From NCBI GenBank assembly GCA_963730435.1, contig CAVSRT010000013.1, forward strand, positions 11,536 to 75,535: a stretch of DNA of 64,000 nt, read 5' to 3'. Under the pieces are notes generated by a model, which was given only the letters and a program-made list of their open reading frames with translations, was not told where the DNA came from and ran no database searches. Below are positions 1-9,966 of this stretch, piece by piece (position 1 is the stretch's first letter; every line of letters begins with the position of its first letter). The DNA comes from an uncultured Actinomycetota bacterium. GTDB lineage: Bacteria; Actinomycetota; Actinomycetes; Streptosporangiales; Streptosporangiaceae. Both the position numbers and the translations under genes were made by a program.

Positions 1-2
1 TC

Positions 3-128
3 CTCCGGGAACAGACCGACGGCGCCGCAGGCATTGACGGCGATTCCGCGGTCGCGACCTGGCTGCACCGTATCGTGGTGAATGCCGCCGTTGCTAACCC
101 GAACATGCACGGAGCCACCTGACGCCCT
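3..128 (+). CDS. 3'-partial ORF at window edge; translation (...GIDGDSAVATWLHRIVVNAAVANPNMHGAT*) resembles ECF sigma factor region 2.2 but stops prematurely; possible truncated fragment
   Basis: Frame-3 translation from the window start gives a motif like FDGxSxxxTWLYRIxxNxAxD of ECF sigma factors. There is no N-terminus in the window and a stop about 15 aa after the motif. Confidence 0.2.
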
Positions 129-221
129 CGTGCCCGCTGCGTGCCCATCGAGGCCTGGCCGCCTTCTTCCGGGCGCCCGCTAGAGCACTGCCCGTAGCGG
201 CGTCGTCGGTAGTGTGAATCC

Positions 222-770
222 ATGACGCGGAGCGAGCGACTAGCGGAGCAACTGGACTGGCACTGGCGCGAGCACCTGCGGCCGCGGATGGACGGTCTTA
301 CCGATGAGGAGTACTTCTGGGAGCCGGTCCGCGGCTGCTGGAGCATCCGGCAGCGCGGCACCTCGACCGCGCCGATGTCGGGGGGCTCGGCGGAGTGGAC
401 GGCGGATTTCGAGTCCCCCGACCCGGTGCCAGCGCCGGTGACGACGATTGCCTGGCGGCTGGCGCACATCATCGTCTCGTGCCTGGGCTATCGGGTCGCG
501 TGGTACTTCGGCGGCCCGGAAGTCGACTTCCACACGTTCGCCTACGCGGGGACCGCTGACGAGGCGCTTATGCAGCTCGACGAGACATACAAGAAATGGA
601 ACGCGGGGGTCCGCGGGCTTTCGGACATTGACCTGGACAAACCGGTCGGGCCCACGGAGGGGCCCGACCGGTTTCCATTCGAGGGTCTCGTCCTGCACAT
701 CAACAAGGAGCTAATCCATCACGGCGCCGAGATCTCCCTGATGCGCGACCTGTACCGCTGGAGGGACTGA
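222..770 (+). CDS. DinB/YfiT-like (DinB_2, mycothiol-maleylpyruvate-isomerase N-terminal-like) metal-dependent protein
   Basis: 182-aa ORF starting at an ATG; pattern of His residues and WRLAHI...HH(G)AE typical of the DinB_2 superfamily. Confidence 0.55.
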   Translation: MTRSERLAEQLDWHWREHLRPRMDGLTDEEYFWEPVRGCWSIRQRGTSTAPMSGGSAEWTADFESPDPVPAPVTTIAWRLAHIIVSCLGYRVAWYFGGPEVDFHTFAYAGTADEALMQLDETYKKWNAGVRGLSDIDLDKPVGPTEGPDRFPFEGLVLHINKELIHHGAEISLMRDLYRWRD

Positions 771-1657
771 GCTGTCGGCGCGGAATACTCCGTGCGGAAG
801 GACCAGGCTCCACGCGTGCTGTATCGCATCGGTCCACCAGTGATCGGGACAACAAGACTGCTGGACGCTGCCGAACCCCCGTCCATTGACTGGCTAGGGA
901 CGGTGAATCCGCTTCGAGTAATTACTCCTGCGAGCAGCCAATTGAACTTATCAAGCAGAGCCTGACCGCGGGCTCAAGCGACGCCTGAGCCGCTCTGCAT
1001 GAGTACCGGACGGACACGGGCTCTGCCTGAGCGGCTGATTGCGCCCGCTCCAACCCGAACTCCCAGCTCCAGGAGCGTTCGCGGTTGAGGCCAGATTCCC
1101 GCCGACATGCCGGAGGTCTTGACAGTGCAGTCCGGGGATGCCGACTTTCTCGGGGTGGTCGAGCATGCCACCACAGCTTTAGCATGGCCGATGACGGTCT
1201 CGCCATGGATAGGCTGGAGCATGCCCAATGTCGCGTGACGGCGAGGAATCCAACAGGGTCTTCGGAATGGTTCGCCGCGACATAGGTGCGCATGCCAGGC
1301 GAGATGAAGAGTCGCAGCGCGTCCTCGGCGTTCCGGTGGACTGGTACGGCCCGGTCGACGGGGTTCCGCTCCGGTCACTCAGACATCCCGTCAAGGCGTA
1401 CAAGCGTTGGACATTGAGGCGTCGCCTCGGTCCGTATGCACCAGACGACGAAGAAAACCCAAAGTCGACGGGCTAGCCCGTTCCGAAGGCGCGGCCATCG
1501 CAGCTCGTGGTGACCGACGTGAGTGCCCGAGCCGGGTCACCCGCTCCTTGAGCTCGCGGCACCAGTCCCCCGCGGCCCAGTGTGGTGGTGGCACGAGGAC
1601 TTCCTGAAGGGATAGCTGCCTGGCCCAACCGCGCTCAATCGGGGAGTATGTCCTCCT

Positions 1658-4150
1658 ATGGGGATGAGTCCGTCAGCGTCGCGGGTCGCGTGGTACCGAT
1701 TCCGCTGCACGCTGCGCTCGCGGTGGGGTGGTTACCTGGCGCTCACGCTGCTGCTCGGCCTTATTGGCGGCCTAGCCATCGGCTCGGTGGCCGCAGCCCG
1801 ACGTACTCAGGGCGCATACCCTGCCTACCTGGCCGCCACCAACCCGTCTGACATTACGGTGCTGACTGGTGTGTCCAGAAAACCGCACGAATCCGGCTAC
1901 GACCCCGCCGTGATCGCCAAGATCGCCACCCTGCCCGGTGTCCGGCACGTCGCCAGTTATGCGAACGTAAACGTCGCCATCCTGGGGATTGGCGGGGCGC
2001 CGGTGGCGGCCCCGCTGGTCGCCGGCCCGCTGCCAGGTAGCGTCGACGGCGAGTACTTCACAACTGACCGGGTCACGGTCGTCCAGGGACGGCTGCCCGA
2101 CCCGTCCCGCCCCGACGAGATCGCCATCGACGCCAAGGGCACGCCGGCGCAGGTTCATGTCGGCACTGTCGCCGAGCTCGGCTTCTACACCAATACGCAG
2201 CTCATGGAGCTGTACGCGGGCAAGCCCGAAAAGCCGGCCTTCCAGCAAAAGGTCACGGTCGTCGGCACTGTCATCTACAGCGCCGAGCAAACGCAAGACG
2301 ACATCGACAGCCAGCACGACGGCGGCGCGCTGTTTACCCCGGCACTGACCAGGAAGCTGCTGAGCTGCTGCGTTAGCGCCACCGAGACCGCCGTCCAGCT
2401 CACCGCCGACGGCTCAGGCCCAGGCGGGACCGCCGGCCCCGGCGCGATAGCCGCGGCCGAAACTCGCATCCAGCAGGCGCTCCCGCGCGGCTTCCCGATC
2501 GAGTTCTATGTCACCGCCGACACCGCGGGCAAGGCGCAGCGGGCAATCGCCCCCACCTCGATCACGCTGGCGGTTTTCGGTCTCATCGCGGCGCTCGCCG
2601 CCCTCGTGATCGGCGGCCAGGTGATCGGCCGGCAGCAGCGGCTCGGCGCAAGCGAACGCGCGGTGCTGCGGGCCCTTGGCGCGAGCCGCGCCGCCATCGT
2701 CGCCGATGGCCTGCCCGGCATCTGCGCGGCCATCGTGGCCGGGACACTGCTGGCCAGCGTTGTAGCCGTCGTGCTCTCCCCGCTGGCGCCGCTCGGCACG
2801 GTACGGCAGGTCTACCCGAACCGTGGCGTCGCGTTCGACTGGCCGGTGCTTGGTGCGGGCGCGGGGCTGCTCGTCGTGGTGTTCTGTCTGCTGGCGGTGA
2901 CGCTCGCCTGGCAGCAGGCGCGGCGGCTCGGGGCCTCTGCGGCGGGCCAGGCGCCACCGGGCCTCGGGGCGTCAATGGCACGGGCGGCGCGGACAGCTGG
3001 CCTGCCGACTGCGGCGGGCGAGGGCATCCGGCTCGCCTTGGACCCCGGCGCCGAGCCCGGCTCGATTCCGCTCCGTTCCGTCATCATTGGCACCGGGCTC
3101 GCGGTCATCGTGGCCGTCGCGACCGTGACGTTCGGCGCGAGCCTGACCCAGCTCGTCTCGCGCCCGGCCCTCTACGGTTGGAACTGGACCTTTGACCTGA
3201 GCTCAGGCCAGACGGTCATCGCCAGGGAGCAGGCCGCCCACGTTCTCGACTCCGATCCGGCGGTCGCTGCGTGGACGGGCATCTGGTACGGGACGGCCAG
3301 CATCGACGGGCAAGCCGTCCCCGTTCTCGGCATGATCCCGGGCGCGGCCATCGCGCCCCCGGTGCTGTCCGGCCACGGCCTGGCGGGCCCGGATCAGGTT
3401 GTGCTCGGCGCCGCCACGCTGGCGGCGCTGCACAAGCACGTGGGCGACTGGGTCACCGTGTCCAACGGCGGGCCGCGACCATTCCCCTTGCGCATCGCCG
3501 GCACCGCCACCCTGCCCGCGCTCGGCGTCCAGGCCACCCTGCACACCGAGATGGGCACCGGCGCGGTTCTGGACTACCAGCACATCCCTGGCGACATGGC
3601 GAGCGACCCGAACGAGATCCTGGTCACCCTCCGGCCAGGAGTGGACGTCGCTGCTGCCCGCACCCGGCTGCAGCGCCTCGTCCCCGTCGCCAACGGCGGG
3701 GTCGTCAACGGCGTGCAGCGGCCCGCCGAGATCACCGACTACCAGGCCATGGGCGTCGCACCGGCAGTGCTGGCGGGTACGCTCGCGCTCGGCGCGCTCG
3801 CCTCGCTATGGCTGACGCTTATGGCCTCGGTGCGCCGTCGCCGCCGGGCGATGGCCCTGCTGAAGACGCTCGGCTTCACAAGGCGCCAGCTCGCCGCCAC
3901 CGTGGCCTGGCAGTCCACTACGGCGGTCCTGGTCGGGCTCATTCCAGGCATCCCGCTGGGCATAGCGCTTGGTCGGCTGCTCTGGGATACGTTCGCACGG
4001 CAGATCGGCTTCGTGCCCGCCCCGGCGGTGCCCGCCCTGACAGTCGCGCTGATCGCGGTCGGCGCGCTCGCCTTCGCGAACCTCGTGGCCGTCTGGCCGG
4101 GGCGACTGGCCGGTCGTGTCCCGGTCGCGACCCTGCTGCGCGCCGAGTGA
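1658..4150 (+). CDS. ABC transporter permease, FtsX/MacB family (two FtsX domains, about 830 aa)
   Basis: Long ORF with an N-terminal TM segment, a large periplasmic MacB-like region, and two hydrophobic FtsX-type 4-TM blocks (residues about 300-420 and about 700-830). GGGAG lies 13 nt upstream of the ATG. Confidence 0.8.
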   Translation: MGMSPSASRVAWYRFRCTLRSRWGGYLALTLLLGLIGGLAIGSVAAARRTQGAYPAYLAATNPSDITVLTGVSRKPHESGYDPAVIAKIATLPGVRHVASYANVNVAILGIGGAPVAAPLVAGPLPGSVDGEYFTTDRVTVVQGRLPDPSRPDEIAIDAKGTPAQVHVGTVAELGFYTNTQLMELYAGKPEKPAFQQKVTVVGTVIYSAEQTQDDIDSQHDGGALFTPALTRKLLSCCVSATETAVQLTADGSGPGGTAGPGAIAAAETRIQQALPRGFPIEFYVTADTAGKAQRAIAPTSITLAVFGLIAALAALVIGGQVIGRQQRLGASERAVLRALGASRAAIVADGLPGICAAIVAGTLLASVVAVVLSPLAPLGTVRQVYPNRGVAFDWPVLGAGAGLLVVVFCLLAVTLAWQQARRLGASAAGQAPPGLGASMARAARTAGLPTAAGEGIRLALDPGAEPGSIPLRSVIIGTGLAVIVAVATVTFGASLTQLVSRPALYGWNWTFDLSSGQTVIAREQAAHVLDSDPAVAAWTGIWYGTASIDGQAVPVLGMIPGAAIAPPVLSGHGLAGPDQVVLGAATLAALHKHVGDWVTVSNGGPRPFPLRIAGTATLPALGVQATLHTEMGTGAVLDYQHIPGDMASDPNEILVTLRPGVDVAAARTRLQRLVPVANGGVVNGVQRPAEITDYQAMGVAPAVLAGTLALGALASLWLTLMASVRRRRRAMALLKTLGFTRRQLAATVAWQSTTAVLVGLIPGIPLGIALGRLLWDTFARQIGFVPAPAVPALTVALIAVGALAFANLVAVWPGRLAGRVPVATLLRAE

Positions 4151-4239
4151 GCCGCTCAGCCACCCGGATCATGCAATCGTGTAGCGCATGAATCGGCTTC
4201 CGCGAGCCTGCCAAGAGCTACGGAACAGGGAGAGCTGCT

Positions 4240-4770
4240 GTGACGCCTAGTAGGCACGGATCGGCACACATCGAGTTCCCGAACGAGCTCGAGATTCTCA
4301 TCTCACGAGAGTTCGACGCTCCGATCGCTCTCGTCTTCGAGGTATTGACGAAGCCCGAGCATGTGAGCAAATGGGGCGCTTACCCCTCGGACCCGATGAC
4401 GGAGTGCTCGATCGACCTGCGCGTCGGCGGGAACTACCACTACTCCTTCGTGACGGAGGACGGAGCCGTGTGCTCATTCCGCGGAACCTACCTCGAGGTC
4501 GAGCCGCCGACCCGGACGGTGGAGACGTGGCTGTTCGACGGCTGGCCGGATGCGGAAGCGGTCGAGACCTGGCAGCTGCACGAAGCTAACGGAGTGACGA
4601 CGCTGACGATGCGGCTGGCGTTCCGCGACAAGGCTGGCCGTGACCACTATCCCGCCGGCGGTGAGGAAGCTGGCGAAATGACCAGCTCCGACGGCCCGCC
4701 AGCCAGCTTCGACGCGATGGAAGATATCCTCAGGTCACTACGCGACCTGAAGGAAACGTCGCCGTCTTAA
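4240..4770 (+). CDS. SRPBCC family protein (Activator of Hsp90 ATPase homolog 1-like, AHSA1 domain)
   Basis: GTG start preceded by GGGAGAG. Sequence FEVLTKPEHVSKWG...GGNYHYSF...TLTMRLAF is typical of the AHSA1/SRPBCC family. Confidence 0.7.
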   Translation: MTPSRHGSAHIEFPNELEILISREFDAPIALVFEVLTKPEHVSKWGAYPSDPMTECSIDLRVGGNYHYSFVTEDGAVCSFRGTYLEVEPPTRTVETWLFDGWPDAEAVETWQLHEANGVTTLTMRLAFRDKAGRDHYPAGGEEAGEMTSSDGPPASFDAMEDILRSLRDLKETSPS

Positions 4771-5049
4771 GAAGCCCGGTTATTCCCTCGTGATAGGCGC
4801 AGCCTTGGTAACAACTGCGGCAGAGCGCCAACCACCGGCTTGAGCAGGTCGCCAATGCTGCTGCTGGCGTCAGTCCCGTTCCGGCGACTTTCCGCCGCCC
4901 CAATCATGATCAGGTCGCCCGTCAAGCCGCCCGCCTGTGGTCCGGATCGCCACGCGGCAGCGGAAAGAGATCGAATGCTTACCCGTGGTAACGTCGGCGG
5001 CAGATTCCGTCGTGAACCGGGTGTGAGACCTAACCTGTGGAGGTGCCGG

Positions 5050-5502
5050 ATGGCCGAGCTCCCGCCGCCCCCGGAGGGAATTGTGCTGACCCACTTCATC
5101 GTCTCCGACGATGTCGAGCGCTCTCGGCGCTTTTACACCGAAGTACTCGGCGGCAGGGTGGCCTTCCCCGGCGAGCCGGTTAATGTTGCGCTATCCAACA
5201 GCTGGATCGTCATCAATTCCGGCGGCGGCCCGACCGACGACAAGCCGACGGTCACCCTGGAGACGCCGCGCGATCCCGACCGGGTCAGCAGCTTCCTCAA
5301 TATCCGGGTCAAGGACATCGAGGCCGTCTACGCCGAATGGAGCGCCCGCGGTGCTCAGTTCCTCACGCCGCCGAAACAGCACCAGTACGAGAAGCGCTGC
5401 TACATCCGCGATCCTGACGGTCACCTGATCGAAGTGGGGCAAACCACGGACCCAGACGGGGATTGGTCGCCCGCTCACTGGCCAGCGAGTAAGCCCGTTT
5501 AG
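5050..5502 (+). CDS. VOC family protein (glyoxalase/bleomycin resistance/dioxygenase fold)
   Basis: The track ORF 4840..5502 has an internal ATG at codon 71 (MAELPPPPEG) preceded by GGAGG. The 150-aa product has a glyoxalase-like bab-bbb pattern (THFIVSDD...FYTEVLGG...HLIEV). Confidence 0.65.
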   Translation: MAELPPPPEGIVLTHFIVSDDVERSRRFYTEVLGGRVAFPGEPVNVALSNSWIVINSGGGPTDDKPTVTLETPRDPDRVSSFLNIRVKDIEAVYAEWSARGAQFLTPPKQHQYEKRCYIRDPDGHLIEVGQTTDPDGDWSPAHWPASKPV

Positions 5503-5511
5503 AAGTCTCCG

Positions 5512-5878
5512 TTAAGAAGTCTCCGGAACTTGCATGGGGATCCGGAAACGTCGCACCTCCTGCGGCCAACCGCAGGCCACCGCGACTCTTCCCCGCCCAC
5601 AGCCGCGCCGCCTTCTCGTCGGCCACATCCACCACAGCGAAGCCGCCGAGGTGCTCCTTGGTTTCGGTGAACGGACCGTCGGTGAACAGCGGCGTGCCGC
5701 TCGACGCGTCGACACTGAACACCGGTGCAGTGTCGTCCAGGCCGCCGGTGAAGATGAAGACACCGGCAGCCTTCATCTCTGCCACCAACGCCCTGACAGC
5801 CTTGGACTTCTCGCGCAACTCCTCGACTGTGTGGTCGGGCACCCACTCGCCATTGAAGGCGATGAGGTACTCGGTCAT
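5512..5878 (-). CDS. YciI-like (DGPF/YCII-related) protein, interrupted by an apparent 1-nt insertion near 5590 (frameshift; possible pseudogene or sequencing indel)
   Basis: The ATG at 5878 is preceded by AAAGGAGGAG. The N-terminal 96 aa are in the frame of track ORF 5363..5911 (MTEYLIAFNGEW...ARLWAGK). The conserved C-terminus ..VAVACGWPQEVRRF is in the frame of track ORF 5512..5763. Deleting one G in 'aagagtcgcg' restores GKIAVACGWPQEVRRF. Confidence 0.55.
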
Positions 5879-6302
5879 GTCTCCTCCTTTGCCGGGTGGC
5901 CCTGCGGCCACCCTCCACCTTCTCTACGAACACGGCGGCCCTATTCGACACCAGGTCAGGATCTTCGGGCGTCTCCGACCGCCCCTCACACCGGGCACGG
6001 ACTGCAGGCAACTGCACCGTCTGCCAGACTGCGGCACCTCCACATTCGAGCGAGAAGGCCTGAACCCCTCGATGTTCCGGTTCGCCACCCACCATGCCCG
6101 CGCTCACCCGGTTGACAGCCTGGATGAATTTGGCGACGATGGCCGATGCCCCCGGCCGAGGTCGAGCAAGTCCGGGCAATGCTCCCCCAACATCAGCATG
6201 GACTGACCGGCCTGCCAGCGCTGCCACGCGGTCCGACCAGCCATGTCCACGCAGCCACTGTAGGCGTGAAATTACTGAGTGTTCAAGCTTCCGGCGCCGC
6301 GG

Positions 6303-7526
6303 TCAGTCGTCGATCGCCTGGTAGGCGGCCGTCCAGAAGTCGAAGAGGATCGGTAGCCCGGGCGGCGCGGGCGCCCGCTGGATCATGAGGATCGTCATCA
6401 TGTCCTCGGCGGGGTCGTTATACCAGCCGGTGCCGTATATGCCGGGCCATCCGTAGCTGCCAACCGAGGCCAGCGGAGGGTATGAGACTGGCCATGGTCC
6501 GAGGTGTGCGCGCTGGGTGCGGACCGACATCCCGAATCCCCAGCCGATGTCGTCAAAGTATCCCGGCTGGAACCCGGAGACTGCCTTCTGCGCGGGCGTC
6601 AGGTGGTCGGTCGTCATTAGTGTCACTGACGGCCGCGACAGCACCCGCTCGCCGTGGCGCGTACCGCCGGCCAGCAGGGCCGAGGCGAAGGCGAGGTAGT
6701 CACTGGCGGTCGAGACGAGCCCGCCGCCTCCTGATTCAAATGCCGGCGGCTGGCTCCAGTACCCGTCGGGGCCGTCTTCGACAACGATGTCGCCGGTTGC
6801 GTCGTCGCGCTGATAGGCGGTCGCCAGCCGGCTGATGTTCTCGCCGGCCACGCTGAAGGCGGTGTCCTTCATTCCGAGTGGCTCGCAGATCCGCTCGCGC
6901 ACAGCGTCCCCGAAGGACATGCCAGTGGCGCGGGCGATGAGCACTCCGGTCACGTCGGCGGCGGTGTGGTACATCCACCGCTCGCCCGGCTGGCAGACGA
7001 GCGGAAGCGTGCCGAGCTGGCGAATCCACTCATCCGCCGACGTCCGGGACTCCACGCTCGGGAGCGCGCTCAGCGCGTCAGCGATCGGTATCGTTCCCGG
7101 TTTGGCGACCACGATGCCGGTGCCGAAGGTGAAGGTGAGCAGATCCCGCAGCGTCACCGGGCGCTCCGCCGGGACGGTGTTGTCCAGCGGCCCGTCCGGA
7201 TCGGCGAGCACCCTCATGTCCGCCAGCTCCGGCAGGAACTCATCGACCGGATCGTCGAGGCGCAGCGTGCAGTCCTCGACCATCGTCATCGCGCAGGCGG
7301 CGACGACCGGCTTGGTCATCGAGCCGGTGCGGCAGATCGTGTCGGCTGCCATCGGCGTCCTCGAGCCCTCGCCCTCGAAAGCCAGATTGCCCATTGCCTC
7401 GATGTGAACCTCGCCGTGGCGGGCGACGACAGCGACCGCACCTGGCACGTAGCCGGCGTCCAGGTAACGAGCGAGCACGTCTCGCACGCGGGCCAGCCGT
7501 TTCGACGAGAAGCCACCGGCGGTCAC
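6303..7526 (-). CDS. serine hydrolase, beta-lactamase/esterase family (class C beta-lactamase-related)
   Basis: S-x-x-K motif (GSMTKPVVAA) near the N-terminus. Probable GTG start 15 codons inside the track ORF, preceded by GAGGAGGAG. About 408 aa. Confidence 0.8.
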   Translation of the reverse strand: MTAGGFSSKRLARVRDVLARYLDAGYVPGAVAVVARHGEVHIEAMGNLAFEGEGSRTPMAADTICRTGSMTKPVVAACAMTMVEDCTLRLDDPVDEFLPELADMRVLADPDGPLDNTVPAERPVTLRDLLTFTFGTGIVVAKPGTIPIADALSALPSVESRTSADEWIRQLGTLPLVCQPGERWMYHTAADVTGVLIARATGMSFGDAVRERICEPLGMKDTAFSVAGENISRLATAYQRDDATGDIVVEDGPDGYWSQPPAFESGGGGLVSTASDYLAFASALLAGGTRHGERVLSRPSVTLMTTDHLTPAQKAVSGFQPGYFDDIGWGFGMSVRTQRAHLGPWPVSYPPLASVGSYGWPGIYGTGWYNDPAEDMMTILMIQRAPAPPGLPILFDFWTAAYQAIDD

Positions 7527-7859
7527 TCTCTCCTCCTCAATTGTCCGCGTTCGTTGCGGCGCGATCTGCACGTAAGCTCCCCGAAACGAGCACTCGGTTC
7601 CATCAATACGTCGAAGACGAGCTGGATCGGAGCGTCGAAGTCACGGGTGAAGACGAGGTTAGCGTCGTAACGCCAGTCTCGAACCGCCCGTCCGAGGGTC
7701 GGCCTGACTTCGGTTGTGAGGAGAGGCGCAAGTGACGCCGCTGCGGCCTCGCCGGCGGTGACGCGCCACCCAGCGAGCCTAGCCGCTGCCGGAATTCGCC
7801 GACGGCGCCGCCGCGAGACGCTAAGGCCGTGCAGCCAAGTCTGCTGCTACTTTCGAGAG

Positions 7860-8399
7860 ATGCCGATGCCCACACCAGTCACAACGTTCGACGAGCAATA
7901 CAGCGATCCGGCCGCGACGGCCACCAGCTGGGAGGAAACCTGCGCGGTGCTCGAAACCGCCGAATTGTTCTGGATCTCCTCTGTCAGGGCCGACGGCCGG
8001 CCGCACGTTACCCCCGTCGTGGCTGCTTGGGCCGAAGGAGCCATCTGGTTCTCGACCGGCGCCGTGGAGCAGAAGTTCGCCAATCTGCGCGCCAACCCGC
8101 ACGTGGTGCTGACCACCGGCTGCAACACGTGGGACCGGGGACTGGACGTCGTGGTCGAAGGCGATGCGGTGCAAGTCACCGATGACACGGTGCTCGAGCG
8201 CATCGCCGGGGTGTTCGCTACCAAGTGGGACGGACGATGGCAGTTCGCCGCTCGCAACGGCGCCTTCCGCGACCCCGCCGACGGCGGCGGCGAGGCGCTG
8301 GTGTTCTCGGTCACGCCGGTCAAGGTCTTCGCCCATGCCAAGGGCGATCCGTTTGGTGCGACTGCGCACAGGTTCCGGCGGGACGGAATGGACCGCTGA
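7860..8399 (+). CDS. pyridoxamine 5'-phosphate oxidase family protein (PPOX class, probably F420/FMN-binding split-barrel)
   Basis: The internal ATG (MPMPTPVTT) gives a 179-aa product. Sequence LETAELFWISSVRADGRPHVTPV...AIWFST is typical of the PNPOx-like split barrel. Confidence 0.7.
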   Translation: MPMPTPVTTFDEQYSDPAATATSWEETCAVLETAELFWISSVRADGRPHVTPVVAAWAEGAIWFSTGAVEQKFANLRANPHVVLTTGCNTWDRGLDVVVEGDAVQVTDDTVLERIAGVFATKWDGRWQFAARNGAFRDPADGGGEALVFSVTPVKVFAHAKGDPFGATAHRFRRDGMDR

Positions 8400-8438
8400 G
8401 GCTGAGGACCGTCGCGATCACCGGCGGCTGCTGCTGAA

Positions 8439-8912
8439 CTACGACACTGACTGGCACTTGCTGGGCCGGCAGCTCGCGCACACGGCGTCCTTGCAGTGGC
8501 GAGGCAAGCCATCGATGCGGATATCCCAGATCGTCTTCGGGTTAGCGACAATGCGTAGCCTCAGGCGCTCGACGGGCTGGAGCCGCAGGTGCGACCAGTA
8601 GTACGCGCCGAAGGTACCTCGGCCAAGGCTAGCGCCCGAGCACAGCACCGCCCCGGCAGACAGCGGGCCGAGAACGATCAGCGTGCCCTTCCCGATGCAT
8701 CCCATCGTGAGCGACATCGAGCGGCTCGCCGTGACCGTGAGTGTCCTGGGTCCTGTCCCGGTCACCGGGCCAAGGACGGCCGTCAGGTTGTTCGGGTCTA
8801 CCGGCATCGGATCGAAGGTCGGGGCGCGTGCCGGGCTGCTGCACCCACAGCAGAAAATCGCGAATGCGCCCACGACAGCCACACGCCACTGCCAGCGAGC
8901 CTTCCCCGTCAT
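8439..8912 (-). CDS. hypothetical lipoprotein (signal peptide plus lipobox ...AIFCCGCSS)
   Basis: ORF on minus strand with a basic N-terminus, hydrophobic core and Cys-rich lipobox. No recognisable catalytic domain. Confidence 0.35.
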   Translation of the reverse strand: MTGKARWQWRVAVVGAFAIFCCGCSSPARAPTFDPMPVDPNNLTAVLGPVTGTGPRTLTVTASRSMSLTMGCIGKGTLIVLGPLSAGAVLCSGASLGRGTFGAYYWSHLRLQPVERLRLRIVANPKTIWDIRIDGLPRHCKDAVCASCRPSKCQSVS

Positions 8913-8977
8913 ATGGCGGATTTTCCAGAGCTTCCTGCCTGCCGTCAATCGAGGGTCGCTCACCGGTGAGCGCCGGG

Positions 8978-9466
8978 TTAGTCGGCAGCCAGATCACGCT
9001 GGTACCAGGTGCCTGGGCGGCCGCCAGGTTCGGCCGGGCCGGCCGGAACAAATCCGGCCTTGGTTAGCACCTTCTGGGACGCGACGTTGTCATGGGTGGT
9101 GGCGGCTCTGAGCGTGCGCAGCCCGTATTGCGCGGCCGCGAGCCGGCACAGCTCCTGCACCGTCGTGGTCGCCAGGCCGCGGCCCGCGGCTTGCTGCGCG
9201 ACCCGGTACCCGAGCTCGGCCGTGCCGTCCTCAATCTCCACCAGGTTGAACCGGCCGAGCACCGTGCCATCCTCGCTGACGAGCACGTGGAAGACGCAGG
9301 TCCCAGCCTCCTGCTCAGCCAGCCAGAGGTTGTACTGCTCGGTGAAGTGATCGAAGAACGCATCGCCGCGGTCGGAGATATGGGCAGCAAAGTAGGCGCG
9401 GTTCGCCAGTTCGAAGACCAGGACCGCCGGGGCGTGGTCGGCGCGCAGGCGCTGCAACTCGGGCAC
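8978..9466 (-). CDS. GNAT family N-acetyltransferase
   Basis: 162 aa. Acetyl-CoA-binding motif A (..VAQQAAGRGLAT..) and GNAT beta-bulge region (LRTLRAATTHDNVASQKVLTKAGF). Confidence 0.75.
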   Translation of the reverse strand: MPELQRLRADHAPAVLVFELANRAYFAAHISDRGDAFFDHFTEQYNLWLAEQEAGTCVFHVLVSEDGTVLGRFNLVEIEDGTAELGYRVAQQAAGRGLATTTVQELCRLAAAQYGLRTLRAATTHDNVASQKVLTKAGFVPAGPAEPGGRPGTWYQRDLAAD

Positions 9467-9516
9467 CGGACAACCCTACTCAGATGGCGCGATGAGGTCG
9501 CCTCAGATTCATGCGC

Positions 9517-9966
9517 TCACGACCGCGGCGGGTGTGTGAGCCTGTGGCGTAGCCACCGGATTGCCCTGACAACCGCGAGTATGGCGAGGGTCTCGCTGAC
9601 CCCGCCGATCGCGACGTACAGATAACTCCACGAGCCGTTTAGCGGGTATGTATCACTGACCTGAGCGCCAGCTATCCAGATGACGATGGCAGCGGCCGCC
9701 AGGATAACTCCGCGGGGAAGCCGGGACTGGCGAGCCTGGCCGTCGGCCCGGAGCAGGAGGCGAGCGCTCGTGCCGGTTCCAGCGGCATACCGCAGCGCGC
9801 GCGCCGTGCGCAGTGGCGCGAGCCGGATATCTGGATCTTCCAGGATCGCGGGCAGTTCGGCCGCCCATTCCCGGCAGCGCTCATCGCGGGCGTCCTCCGG
9901 CAGGCCGCGGCACGCGCGCCGGATCAGGTACTCGGCCAGGCGCTGGCCGCGGGCGGCTCCAGTCAC
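9517..9966 (-). CDS. hypothetical membrane protein co-transcribed with the PadR regulator
   Basis: GTG start overlaps the PadR stop in a GTGA junction. There are two predicted TM helices in the C-terminal half (VILAAAAIVIWIAGA, YVAIGGVSETLAILAVV). Confidence 0.5.
   Translation of the reverse strand: MTGAARGQRLAEYLIRRACRGLPEDARDERCREWAAELPAILEDPDIRLAPLRTARALRYAAGTGTSARLLLRADGQARQSRLPRGVILAAAAIVIWIAGAQVSDTYPLNGSWSYLYVAIGGVSETLAILAVVRAIRWLRHRLTHPPRS

Noticed and set aside
240-4191. Long antisense or alternative-frame ORFs overlapping confident genes (for example 240..698 minus, 1772..2317 minus, 3271..4191 plus; similarly 5499..6227 minus, 9092..9625 plus, 35409..36293 minus, 39981..41147 minus, 53488..54303 minus)
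   Set aside because: Typical of about 70%-GC DNA, where stop codons are rare in non-coding frames. Products are Arg/Pro/Gly-rich with no motifs, and each overlaps a gene with clear family signatures on the other strand or frame.
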